A DNA stretch of 15,463 bases. Source: Candidatus Krumholzibacteriia bacterium. GTDB lineage: Bacteria; Krumholzibacteriota; Krumholzibacteriia; WVZY01. Position 1 is the first letter of the stretch; each line of letters opens with the position of its first letter. The stretch lies in contig JAZGDW010000094.1 in the NCBI GenBank assembly GCA_036478295.1, forward strand, positions 1 through 15,463, in the 5' to 3' direction. Of the stretch, positions 8,272 through 15,463 are shown piece after piece. The notes under the pieces were generated by a model. It was not told the DNA's origin. It saw nothing but the letters and a program-made list of their open reading frames with translations, and searched no databases. Made by a program: the position numbers and the translations under genes.

Positions 8272-8669
8272 TACCAGACCTCACACATAAGCTCGCCGCC
8301 GATACTACGCTTGCGGCATTCCGAATCGGGCAGCACGCCCTGCGACGTGGAGATGATGGCCATCCCGTACCCGCCGAGCACCCGTGGTATTCGCTTGGCA
8401 GGAACGTACACGCGCAGGCTCGGCTTGCTCACTCGTTTCAGCCCGTTGATCGCAGATACCATGTTCTTGTCGTACTTGATGTAAATACGCAATATACCCT
8501 GTTTGTCGTCGTCTATGTACTTGACGCCCTTGATGTAGCCGCCATCGAGCAGTATCTTGCTCAACTCCGCCTTCACCCTCGAAGCGGCCACGTCCACGAA
8601 CTTGTGCCGCGCCCTATACGCGTTTCGGATTCGTGTCAAATAATCGGCTATCGGATCTGTCATTCCCAC
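8271..8669 (-). CDS. rpsH: 30S ribosomal protein S8 (uS8)
   Basis: [41 protein letters not shown] start (alternative ATG at 8663). Confidence 0.99.
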   Translation of the reverse strand: MGMTDPIADYLTRIRNAYRARHKFVDVAASRVKAELSKILLDGGYIKGVKYIDDDKQGILRIYIKYDKNMVSAINGLKRVSKPSLRVYVPAKRIPRVLGGYGMAIISTSQGVLPDSECRKRSIGGELMCEVW

Positions 8670-8716
8670 GTTACGGTCCCCCGTTGCTTTGGAAACAGCG
8701 TACGAATCAAATGTTG

Positions 8717-8902
8717 CTACCAGCTAGCTTTGACGACCCCGGGAATCTCGCCCTGCAGCGCCAGTTCGCGGAAACAAATTCGGCATATGCCGAATCGCCT
8801 CAGGTACGCTCTGGCGCGGCCACAGCGATTGCACCGGGTGTACGCGCGAACTTTGAATTTGGGTTGTCTCTTCGACTTCGCTATCCAGGACTTTTTCGCC
8901 AC
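8717..8902 (-). CDS. rpsN: 30S ribosomal protein S14 type Z (short, Zn-binding uS14)
   Basis: 61 aa, CNRCGR...[23 protein letters not shown] start. Confidence 0.99.
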   Translation of the reverse strand: MAKKSWIAKSKRQPKFKVRAYTRCNRCGRARAYLRRFGICRICFRELALQGEIPGVVKASW

Positions 8903-8918
8903 GGTTCCCCTTACATTC

Positions 8919-9461
8919 CTACTGGGTTCTGAACGGCATTTTCATGAACTTGAGCAGCATCAGTCCCTGCTCGTCATTTTTTGCCGTCGTTACAATGGTT
9001 ACGTCCATTCCAAAGACGGACTTCGTCTTGTCATAATCGACTTCCGGAAAAATAACGTGCTCCTTGAGCCCAAGCGTGTAGTTGCCGCGCCCGTCGAAAC
9101 TCTTCGGCGAGAGGCCGCGAAAGTCACGGATTCGCGGCAGCGCGACGTTAACCAGACGATCGTAGAATTCGTACATGCGCTCGCCGCGCAGGGTGACCTT
9201 GGCACCCACCGGCATGCCCTGGCGCAGCTTGAACGCCGCTACTGACAGGCGGGCGCGGCAGAGCTTCGGCTTTTGCCCGGTGATCGCCGCGAGCTCATCC
9301 ATGGCCGCGTCCAGCAACTTGCTGTTCGTAATTGCCTCTCCCATACCGGTATTGACGACGATCTTCGCCAGCCGCGGCACTTCCATCACGTTCTTGAACC
9401 CGAACTCTTTGCGGAGCGCGGGAATAATTTCTTTTTTATACAGCTCTTTCAAGTTTGCCAC
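8919..9461 (-). CDS. rplE: 50S ribosomal protein L5 (uL5)
   Basis: [38 protein letters not shown]; start reassigned to the GTG at 9461 (SD AGGAG upstream) instead of 9482. Confidence 0.98.
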   Translation of the reverse strand: MANLKELYKKEIIPALRKEFGFKNVMEVPRLAKIVVNTGMGEAITNSKLLDAAMDELAAITGQKPKLCRARLSVAAFKLRQGMPVGAKVTLRGERMYEFYDRLVNVALPRIRDFRGLSPKSFDGRGNYTLGLKEHVIFPEVDYDKTKSVFGMDVTIVTTAKNDEQGLMLLKFMKMPFRTQ

Positions 9462-9478
9462 GACAGCACTCCTGCATC

Positions 9479-9802
9479 TCACTCATTCGTTACGAGCATC
9501 TCGTTACACGCCTTGCACACGCGTACCTTCTTGCCGTCGGCCAGCTGTCCCACACCCGTGCGGGACGGCTTGCTGCACTTTGGGCATACGAGCAGGACGT
9601 TGGACATATGTATGGACGCTTCCTTCTCCAGGATCCCGCCCGGATCGGTCTGCGAGCGCGGCTTCTGGTGTCGCTTCACCAGATTCACCTTTTCAACGAT
9701 GACACGTCGCGTCCCGGGAAAAACCTTGAGGACTTTGCCCACCTTGCCCTTGTGATTGCCCGAAATCACCTTGACGGTGTCATTCTTGATAATCTTTATC
9801 AT
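9479..9802 (-). CDS. rplX: 50S ribosomal protein L24 (uL24)
   Basis: KOW-like [25 protein letters not shown]; start reassigned to the ATG at 9802 (SD GGAGGT). Confidence 0.97.
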   Translation of the reverse strand: MIKIIKNDTVKVISGNHKGKVGKVLKVFPGTRRVIVEKVNLVKRHQKPRSQTDPGGILEKEASIHMSNVLLVCPKCSKPSRTGVGQLADGKKVRVCKACNEMLVTNE

Positions 9803-9830
9803 GAATACCTCCGCCTTCCTCAGTCCTTCC

Positions 9831-10199
9831 CTAGAGAACTTCCGGCGCCAAGGAGACAATCTTCATAAAATTCTTCTCTCTCAACTCGCGCGCCACCGGG
9901 CCGAAAATACGGGTCCCGACCGGCTCGCGGTTTTCATTGATAATCACGGCTGCGTTCTCGTCGAAGCGGATGTAGCTACCGTCTTTTCGCCGTATCTCCT
10001 TGCGCGTTCTCACCACGACCGCCCTCGTGACCTGCCCCTTCTTGACGACTCCATTTGGAATGGCGACCTTGACGGTTACTGAGATGACGTCCCCTATGCG
10101 CGCGTAACGCCGCCCCGTGCCTCCATGCACGCGGATACAGAGTACGCTCTTCGCGCCCGAGTTGTCGGCGACCCGCAGCCTTGTTTCAGCCTTGATCAT
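9831..10199 (-). CDS. rplN: 50S ribosomal protein L14 (uL14)
   Basis: [40 protein letters not shown]. Confidence 0.99.
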   Translation of the reverse strand: MIKAETRLRVADNSGAKSVLCIRVHGGTGRRYARIGDVISVTVKVAIPNGVVKKGQVTRAVVVRTRKEIRRKDGSYIRFDENAAVIINENREPVGTRIFGPVARELREKNFMKIVSLAPEVL

Positions 10200-10202
10200 G
10201 GT

Positions 10203-10457
10203 CTACCTGGCCTTCTCCAGAACCTCTACGAGACGCCACCGCTTGGTTTTACTCAGCGGCCTGGTCGAGGTCACCCGAACCTTATCCCCAGCGCCACAGG
10301 TGTTTTCGGGGTCATGCGCCGTGAGCTTCCCCGTGCGCTTGATGTATTTTCCGTAGATCGGGTGTTTGACGAGCCGAACGACCTTCACCGTAATGGTCTT
10401 ATCCATCTTGGCGCTCTCGACCAAACCGACAAACGATTTTCTCTTGTTACGTTCCAC
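10203..10457 (-). CDS. rpsQ: 30S ribosomal protein S17 (uS17)
   Basis: [33 protein letters not shown] start. Confidence 0.99.
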   Translation of the reverse strand: MERNKRKSFVGLVESAKMDKTITVKVVRLVKHPIYGKYIKRTGKLTAHDPENTCGAGDKVRVTSTRPLSKTKRWRLVEVLEKAR

Positions 10458-10485
10458 GTTCCACTCCCTGGGATCGTCCTGTTCG

Positions 10486-10710
10486 TTATTTCTTTTCGCT
10501 CAGTGTCTGGCCCGGCTTCGCACCGAGCTTTTTGTCACGTAGCACTGTCTTAGCCCGTGCGATTTCCCTCTTCAGGCTCTTGACACTCAACGGGTTGTCC
10601 AGCTGCTTGACGGCAAGCTTGATCTTGAGATTCACCAGCTCGTCCATCAACCCGTCGTGATGATGTTGGAGCTCGTCCTCGGCCATTTCTCGCATCTCAT
10701 GCGGCTTCAT
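10486..10710 (-). CDS. rpmC: 50S ribosomal protein L29 (uL29)
   Basis: QLDNP...[11 protein letters not shown]; position between rplP and rpsQ. Confidence 0.95.
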   Translation of the reverse strand: MKPHEMREMAEDELQHHHDGLMDELVNLKIKLAVKQLDNPLSVKSLKREIARAKTVLRDKKLGAKPGQTLSEKK

Positions 10711-10713
10711 CGC

Positions 10714-11133
10714 TTACCCCTCCGTGATGGCACGGGTGACAAACTTGGTCTTGAGCGGCAGTTTCGCCGAGGCCAGGGTCATCGCCTCACGCGCCAACTC
10801 CATTGAGACGCCTTCCAACTCGAACAGGACCCTGCCTGGCTTTACGACTGCCACCCACCCTTCGGGCGCTCCCTTGCCCTTGCCCATCCGGGTCTCCGCG
10901 GGTTTTTTGGTAACCGGTTTGTCCGGAAAGACGCGGATCCACAGCTTGCCCATCCTCTTGATGTGGCGCATAATTGCGACGCGGGCTGCTTCGATCTGCT
11001 TGTTGGTGAGCCACTTGGGCTCTAGTGCCTTCAGGCCGTACTCACCGAACGAGATCGTTGCGCCTCTGGTGGCATAGCCCTTTCGGTGCCCGCGATGGTG
11101 CCGGCGGTACTTGATTCGCTTTGGCATCAACAT
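10714..11133 (-). CDS. rplP: 50S ribosomal protein L16 (uL16)
   Basis: [40 protein letters not shown]. Confidence 0.99.
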   Translation of the reverse strand: MLMPKRIKYRRHHRGHRKGYATRGATISFGEYGLKALEPKWLTNKQIEAARVAIMRHIKRMGKLWIRVFPDKPVTKKPAETRMGKGKGAPEGWVAVVKPGRVLFELEGVSMELAREAMTLASAKLPLKTKFVTRAITEG

Positions 11134-11136
11134 GGT

Positions 11137-11808
11137 TTAATTCGAACCTTCCGTCGGCTGGGCGAGGCTCTTCCTGAAATCCTTCTGAAAAACCTCTCCC
11201 TTGTAGAGCCACACCTTGACGCCCACGCAACCGAAAGTGGTGTGCGCCGTCGCCCGCGCGAAATCGATGTCCGCGCGCAGCGTATGCAACGGAACCCGTC
11301 CTTCGTGATAGCCTTCTCGACGCGACATCTCCGCCCCTCCCAAACGTCCCGACGTCTGCACCTTGATACCGAGCGCTCCCATACGCATCGCTGAGGCAAT
11401 AGTTTTCTTCATCGCCCGGCGGAAGGACACGCGTTGTTCGAGCTGCATCGCGATATGCTCGGCAACCAGCTGCGCGTCGAGCTCCGGCCTCTTGACGTCC
11501 TTGATATTTATCTGCACGTCCTTGCCGGCGAGGTGTTTGAGCTCGTCACGGAGCATGTCCACCTCGGAGCCCTTGCGGCCGATGACCATTCCTGGTCTGG
11601 CCGTGTATATATTGACGATCGCTTTTCCACTGGAACGCTCGATCTCCACCTTGGCCACGCCCGCCTTGTAAAGACGCTTCTTGATGTACTTACGTATTTG
11701 GATATCCTCGTTCAGCCAGGTCGCATAATGCTTCACCGTGAACCAGCGTGATTTCCACGTACGGTTTATTCCAAGTCTCAGTCCAATGGGGTTGGTTTTC
11801 TGCCCCAT
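11137..11808 (-). CDS. rpsC: 30S ribosomal protein S3 (uS3)
   Basis: [45 protein letters not shown]. Confidence 0.99.
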   Translation of the reverse strand: MGQKTNPIGLRLGINRTWKSRWFTVKHYATWLNEDIQIRKYIKKRLYKAGVAKVEIERSSGKAIVNIYTARPGMVIGRKGSEVDMLRDELKHLAGKDVQINIKDVKRPELDAQLVAEHIAMQLEQRVSFRRAMKKTIASAMRMGALGIKVQTSGRLGGAEMSRREGYHEGRVPLHTLRADIDFARATAHTTFGCVGVKVWLYKGEVFQKDFRKSLAQPTEGSN

Positions 11809-11826
11809 CGCGGTCCTCCCTGCCGG

Positions 11827-12174
11827 TTATGATTCCTCGGACAGCGTGACCACAACCTTGATGTGGCTGCTGCGTTTTCGTATTCTGAAGGCCCGTCCCT
11901 GTGCTCGCGGCCTTATGCGGTACATCGTCTTTCCCTCGTCCACCTGTATTACCTTGACCATCATGTCCTCTGCTTCGATGGTGCCGCCCTTCTTGTTGAC
12001 CATGTTATGCATGGCCGAGCGAATCGTTTTGCTCATCGGCACCGCGGCGATTCGTCGGGTCACCTTGAGAATCTCCAGCGCTTCTTCCACGTTCTTGCCG
12101 CGTACGAGATTGGCTACCAGTCGGACTTTTCTTGCCGGATATCCAATATGTCTTGCGTAGGCAACAGCTTCCAT
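11827..12174 (-). CDS. rplV: 50S ribosomal protein L22 (uL22)
   Basis: ARKVRLVA.LVRGK, RPRAQGRA..IRKRSSHI; likely start is the ATG at 12174 (GGAG upstream), with alternatives at 12180 and 12186. Confidence 0.97.
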   Translation of the reverse strand: MEAVAYARHIGYPARKVRLVANLVRGKNVEEALEILKVTRRIAAVPMSKTIRSAMHNMVNKKGGTIEAEDMMVKVIQVDEGKTMYRIRPRAQGRAFRIRKRSSHIKVVVTLSEES

Positions 12175-12188
12175 TGTCATCTCCACGA

Positions 12189-12473
12189 CTATTTCTTGCC
12201 CCTATCCTTGCCGACCCTGCTCGTGTGCCCCCTGTAGGTTCTCGTCAATGCAAATTCCCCGAGTTTGTGGCCGACCATGTTCTCATTGATATAGATAGGA
12301 ATAAACTTGTTCCCGTTGTGAATCGCAAGCGTGTGTCCCACGAACTCCGGCGAAATAGTCGATCGCCTCGCCCAGGTCTTGATAACTCGCTTGCCGCCAC
12401 CCCTGTTCATCTCCGTGATTTTCTTGAGCAGCTTCTCGTCGATATACGGACCTTTTTTTAGACTACGTGTCAT
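12189..12473 (-). CDS. rpsS: 30S ribosomal protein S19 (uS19)
   Basis: [30 protein letters not shown]. Confidence 0.99.
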   Translation of the reverse strand: MTRSLKKGPYIDEKLLKKITEMNRGGGKRVIKTWARRSTISPEFVGHTLAIHNGNKFIPIYINENMVGHKLGEFALTRTYRGHTSRVGKDRGKK

Positions 12474-12506
12474 AACCGTCCTAAGGGTTGTACCTGCCGC
12501 TAACCG

Positions 12507-13337
12507 CTACTTTTTCTTCGCGCGTTTCCTGACGATATACTTGTTGCTCTTCTTCTTCTTGCGCGTCTTGTAGCCCTTGGTGGGAACGCCCCACGGCGTC
12601 ACGGGGTGCCTTCCGCCGCTCGACTTTCCTTCTCCACCGCCGTGCGGGTGGTCAACCGGGTTCATCGCCACACCACGCACATGGGGACGGATACCCAACC
12701 ACCGGGACTTCCCCGCCTTGCCAACGACCAGGTTCTCGTGGTCCAGATTGCCGACCTGGCCGATGGTCGCGAAACACTCCTTGCGCACGGCTCGTACCTC
12801 ACCTGACGGAAGCCTGAGCTGAACGTAGTTGCCTTCCTTGGCCATGATCTGCGCGGACCCACCCGCGGAGCGGACTATCTGGCCACCCCGGCCGTGGGTC
12901 AGTTCGATGTTATGCACCTCCATACCTAGAGGAATTTTCTCGAGCGGCAGCGCATTGCCTACCTTGATTTCGGCGGCTTCGCCCGCCTCGATACGGTCCC
13001 CGACCTTGACCCCGTTCGGCGAGAGGATGTACCGTTTCTCTCCATCGGCGTAATGCAAGAGCGCGATGCGGGCCGACCGGTTCGGGTCGTACTCGATCGC
13101 AGCCACCTTCGCCGGCACACCGAGCTTGTTACGCTTGAAATCGATTCGGCGATAGCTCCGCTTGTGACCACCGCCCCTGCGCCTCATTGTGATGCGACCG
13201 TTGTTGTTGCGCCCGCCCTTTTTCTTCAACGGCTCGAGAAGCGATTTTTCCGGCTCCTTATTGGTAAGGTCGGAAAAATCGGCAACCGTCCGATAGCGGA
13301 GCGACGGTGTGATCGGCCTGAATTTCTTGATTGGCAT
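12507..13337 (-). CDS. rplB: 50S ribosomal protein L2 (uL2)
   Basis: [38 protein letters not shown]. Confidence 0.99.
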   Translation of the reverse strand: MPIKKFRPITPSLRYRTVADFSDLTNKEPEKSLLEPLKKKGGRNNNGRITMRRRGGGHKRSYRRIDFKRNKLGVPAKVAAIEYDPNRSARIALLHYADGEKRYILSPNGVKVGDRIEAGEAAEIKVGNALPLEKIPLGMEVHNIELTHGRGGQIVRSAGGSAQIMAKEGNYVQLRLPSGEVRAVRKECFATIGQVGNLDHENLVVGKAGKSRWLGIRPHVRGVAMNPVDHPHGGGEGKSSGGRHPVTPWGVPTKGYKTRKKKKSNKYIVRKRAKKK

Positions 13338-13352
13338 GGAACAGTAATCCCT

Positions 13353-13655
13353 TTACACAACGTCAAAGATATCTATGGTCTCGCCGGGGACGAGTGTGAC
13401 GTACGCCTTTTTCCAGTTGGCGCCGAATCCAGCAAATCGCCCGGCACGGTTCATGACCACTTTGGGCTTACCCCGGTACACCGTGGTCGTCACCTTTCTT
13501 ACGCGAACGTCGAAGAGCTCCTCAACGGCCTTTTTTATTTGTCTCTTATTGGCGCGCAGGTCCACCTTGAACAGATAGCGGTTGTGCGCCTCTTTGAGCT
13601 GCGTGCTCTTCTCGGTAATGATGGGCTTCTGGATTATGAGTCGAATGTCGCTCAT
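13353..13655 (-). CDS. rplW: 50S ribosomal protein L23 (uL23)
   Basis: PIITEKS, ANK.QIKKAVE.LF.V, WKKAYVTL; ATGA overlap with the rplD stop. Confidence 0.98.
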   Translation of the reverse strand: MSDIRLIIQKPIITEKSTQLKEAHNRYLFKVDLRANKRQIKKAVEELFDVRVRKVTTTVYRGKPKVVMNRAGRFAGFGANWKKAYVTLVPGETIDIFDVV

Positions 13656-14278
13656 GCCTTGAACACCTCTTCCATCACCTTCAGGCCGCTCTGGGTCAGT
13701 ATGATGTGATCCGCCCAGACCACGTCGTACGTGGTGAGCATGCTGGCCAGCGCCACTTTGACTCCGGGAATGTTGCGTGCTGATTTCGATAACGCTAGAT
13801 TCGGCTTATCCATCACGAACAAGCACTTGCCTTGCCGGCCCAAGGTGCGGAGCAATTCGGCGAACTGACGGGTCTTCGGTTCCTTGTATTTCAGGTCATC
13901 CACCACGATTACCGCTCCGGCCTTTGCCCGACTGGACAGCGAGGAGCACAACGCGATGCGCTTGATCTTCTTCGGAAGCGCCTGGCGGTAGTCCCGTGGG
14001 TGAGGTCCAAACACAACGCCCCCGCCGCGAAGTATCGGCGAGCGGCTCGTGCCCTGCCTCGCCCGCCCCGTACCCTTTTGCCGAAACGGCTTCCTGCCGC
14101 CACCGCGCACCGCCGAGCGGTTTTTTGACGAGGCGGTACCCTGGCGCTGGTTGGCAAGGTAGGCCACAACCGCCTGGTGAATCACCGGTTCGTTTACCTC
14201 GCAATCGAACAGGTGCGCCGGCAGATCGAGCGTTCCCCGCTCGGTACCGTTTTCTGCATAACATTTGGCCGTTGCCAT
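13652..14278 (-). CDS. rplD: 50S ribosomal protein L4 (uL4)
   Basis: RQGT, GGGRKPFRQKGTGRARQG, GGGVVFGP.PRDY, SARNIPGV; start reassigned to the ATG at 14278 because the longer ORF runs into rplC. Confidence 0.98.
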   Translation of the reverse strand: MATAKCYAENGTERGTLDLPAHLFDCEVNEPVIHQAVVAYLANQRQGTASSKNRSAVRGGGRKPFRQKGTGRARQGTSRSPILRGGGVVFGPHPRDYRQALPKKIKRIALCSSLSSRAKAGAVIVVDDLKYKEPKTRQFAELLRTLGRQGKCLFVMDKPNLALSKSARNIPGVKVALASMLTTYDVVWADHIILTQSGLKVMEEVFKA

Positions 14279-14310
14279 CGTTTCTCTCTTGGTATCCCTG
14301 GTTCTGCGCG

Positions 14311-14928
14311 TCAGGCTTTCTCTACAAATACGAAACCTTCTACCGCACCGGGTATCGCACCCTGCACGTACAACAGGTTGTTTTCGGTGTCCACCTGCAC
14401 CAGCTTCAGGTTCTTGACCTTGCTGTTCTTGCCGCCCATGCGCCCCGGCATCTTCTTGCCCTTGAAGATCCGCGCCGGCCACGCACACTGTCCCACCGAT
14501 CCCACCTGCCGGTGATGGTGCGACCCATGGGTCTCCGGTCCGCGCGTAAAACCGTGTCGTTTTATGACCCCGGCAAATCCACGGCCCTTGCTCACTCCAA
14601 GAACGTGCACCTTTTCCGTGCCTTCAAAGCTGTCCACCCCGACAGAATCGCCGATCTTGTACTTGCTCGCATCCTCCACCCGGAATTCTCTGAGGACCCG
14701 CTGTGGGGTGACACCACCGCGCTTGAAATGTCCCTTCAGGGGTTTCGACACTCGCTTCTCCCGAACATCTCCGAATCCAATCTGAATCGCGGAGTATCCA
14801 TCCTTGTCCGGCGTCTTCACCTGAACGATGGGACAGGGCCCAGCCTGGATGATGGAGACAGGAATGACATTTCCCGATTCTTCGAAAATCTGGGTCATTC
14901 CAAGTTTCTTGCCAATGAGGAGTTCCAT
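14311..14928 (-). CDS. rplC: 50S ribosomal protein L3 (uL3)
   Basis: GKKLGMTQIF, DGYSAIQIG, SKGRGFAGVIKRHGF, KGKKMPGRMG; AAGGAG SD. Confidence 0.99.
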   Translation of the reverse strand: MELLIGKKLGMTQIFEESGNVIPVSIIQAGPCPIVQVKTPDKDGYSAIQIGFGDVREKRVSKPLKGHFKRGGVTPQRVLREFRVEDASKYKIGDSVGVDSFEGTEKVHVLGVSKGRGFAGVIKRHGFTRGPETHGSHHHRQVGSVGQCAWPARIFKGKKMPGRMGGKNSKVKNLKLVQVDTENNLLYVQGAIPGAVEGFVFVEKA

Positions 14929-14946
14929 TACATCTCCTTACCACCA

Positions 14947-15003
14947 ACCGTGTCCAACGGAAACAGCTCCGGTCGAAACGCGACCACGCCGTTGTGCAGC
15001 GGC
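14947..15003 (-). promoter_or_regulatory. Candidate structured RNA element (nested stem-loop) in the rpsJ-rplC spacer
   Basis: The minus strand has an inner GGTCG/CGACC stem with a CGTTT loop, an outer CAACGG/CCGTTG stem and a possible basal GCCG/CGGT pairing. Confidence 0.35.
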
Positions 15004-15312
15004 TCAGGTCTTGATTTCGATGTCCACGCCCGCCGGGAGTACTAGTTTCGTCAGGTCGTCGATGGTCTGTTGCGTCGTATGCGTGAGATCGATCAACCGC
15101 TTATGAACACGGATTTCAAACTGCTCGCGCGACTTCTTATTCACGTGCGGCGAGCGCAAAACCGTGTATACGGAACGCCGGGTCGGCAGCGGAATCGGTC
15201 CCTTGATCCGCGCACCAGTCCTCTGCGCCGTCTTGACGATCTCGTCGGTCGTGCGATCGAGCGTCGCGTGTTCGTAAGCTCTAAGTTTTATTCGAATCTT
15301 CTGATAGTTCAC
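15004..15312 (-). CDS. rpsJ: 30S ribosomal protein S10 (uS10/NusE)
   Basis: [43 protein letters not shown] start, GGAGGA SD. Confidence 0.99.
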   Translation of the reverse strand: MNYQKIRIKLRAYEHATLDRTTDEIVKTAQRTGARIKGPIPLPTRRSVYTVLRSPHVNKKSREQFEIRVHKRLIDLTHTTQQTIDDLTKLVLPAGVDIEIKT

Positions 15313-15331
15313 TCGACCGATCCTCCCTGAT

Positions 15332-15463
15332 CTACTCGATGACCTTTGTCACCACACCGGCGCCCACCGTGCGGCCGCCCTCGCGGATCGCAAACCGCAG
15401 TTCTTTCTCCATCGCGATCGGCGTGATCAACTCCACATTCAAATCCACGTTATCCCCCGGCAT
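15332..15463 (-). CDS. tuf: Elongation factor Tu, C-terminal 43 aa (truncated by the window edge)
   Basis: Hand translation [43 protein letters not shown] matches the EF-Tu C-terminus; not in the ORF track. Confidence 0.98.
   Translation of the reverse strand: MPGDNVDLNVELITPIAMEKELRFAIREGGRTVGAGVVTKVIE

Noticed and set aside
8691..8699. 9-mer GGAAACAGC present in both the rpsN-rpsH spacer and the rpsJ-rplC spacer (14959-14967)
   Set aside because: Only two short copies with different flanks; it cannot be told from chance without comparative data.
8067..9245. 392-aa plus-strand ORF, and other long plus-strand ORFs such as 204..1052, 3508..4242, 5966..6646, 13053..13709 and 13996..15045
   Set aside because: They are antisense shadows of conserved minus-strand genes, expected in GC-rich DNA with codon bias, and carry no recognisable motifs.
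9803..9859. Apparent N-terminal extension of L24 (and similarly of L5 at 9462-9482)
   Set aside because: Downstream starts with good SD sequences give normal-length proteins; these are longest-ORF artefacts.
10451..10464. Tandem 7-mer (GTGGAAC x2 on the minus strand) at the rpsQ start
   Set aside because: Only two units, too short to imply phase variation or a repeat element.
14279..14488. Apparent 70-aa N-terminal extension of L4 in the ORF track
   Set aside because: It overlaps rplC out of frame; the ATG at 14278 gives a normal 208-aa L4.
1..15463. Search for CRISPR arrays, tRNA/rRNA genes, IS elements, introns/inteins or inserted accessory genes
   Set aside because: All internal spacers are 75 nt or shorter and each gene is colinear with a known family, so there is no room or evidence for such elements.

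Overview
The window is the conserved bacterial S10-spc-alpha ribosomal protein supercluster, entirely on the minus strand. In transcription order (high to low coordinates): 3' end of tuf, rpsJ, rplC, rplD, rplW, rplB, rpsS, rplV, rpsC, rplP, rpmC, rpsQ, rplN, rplX, rplE, rpsN (Zn type), rpsH, rplF, rplR, rpsE, rpmD, rplO, secY, adk, map, rpmJ, rpsM, rpsK, rpsD, rpoA, rplQ. rpmJ and the tuf fragment are missing from the ORF track and were translated by hand. The DNA is GC-rich and the genes are tightly packed. The lineage cannot be fixed from the sequence; the L23, S5 and RpoA styles loosely suggest an FCB-related candidate phylum (inference only). I see no mobile element, CRISPR array, RNA gene or convincing novel system. 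The points worth a second look are local departures from the canonical cluster: no infA between map and rpmJ; an L17 with a 25-aa internal insertion and a ~73-aa charged tail; an S5 that runs 62 nt into rpmD, possibly through a single extra base; a short-LID Adk with an SSGN motif; a stem-loop between rpsJ and rplC; and a terminator-like hairpin directly before secY.
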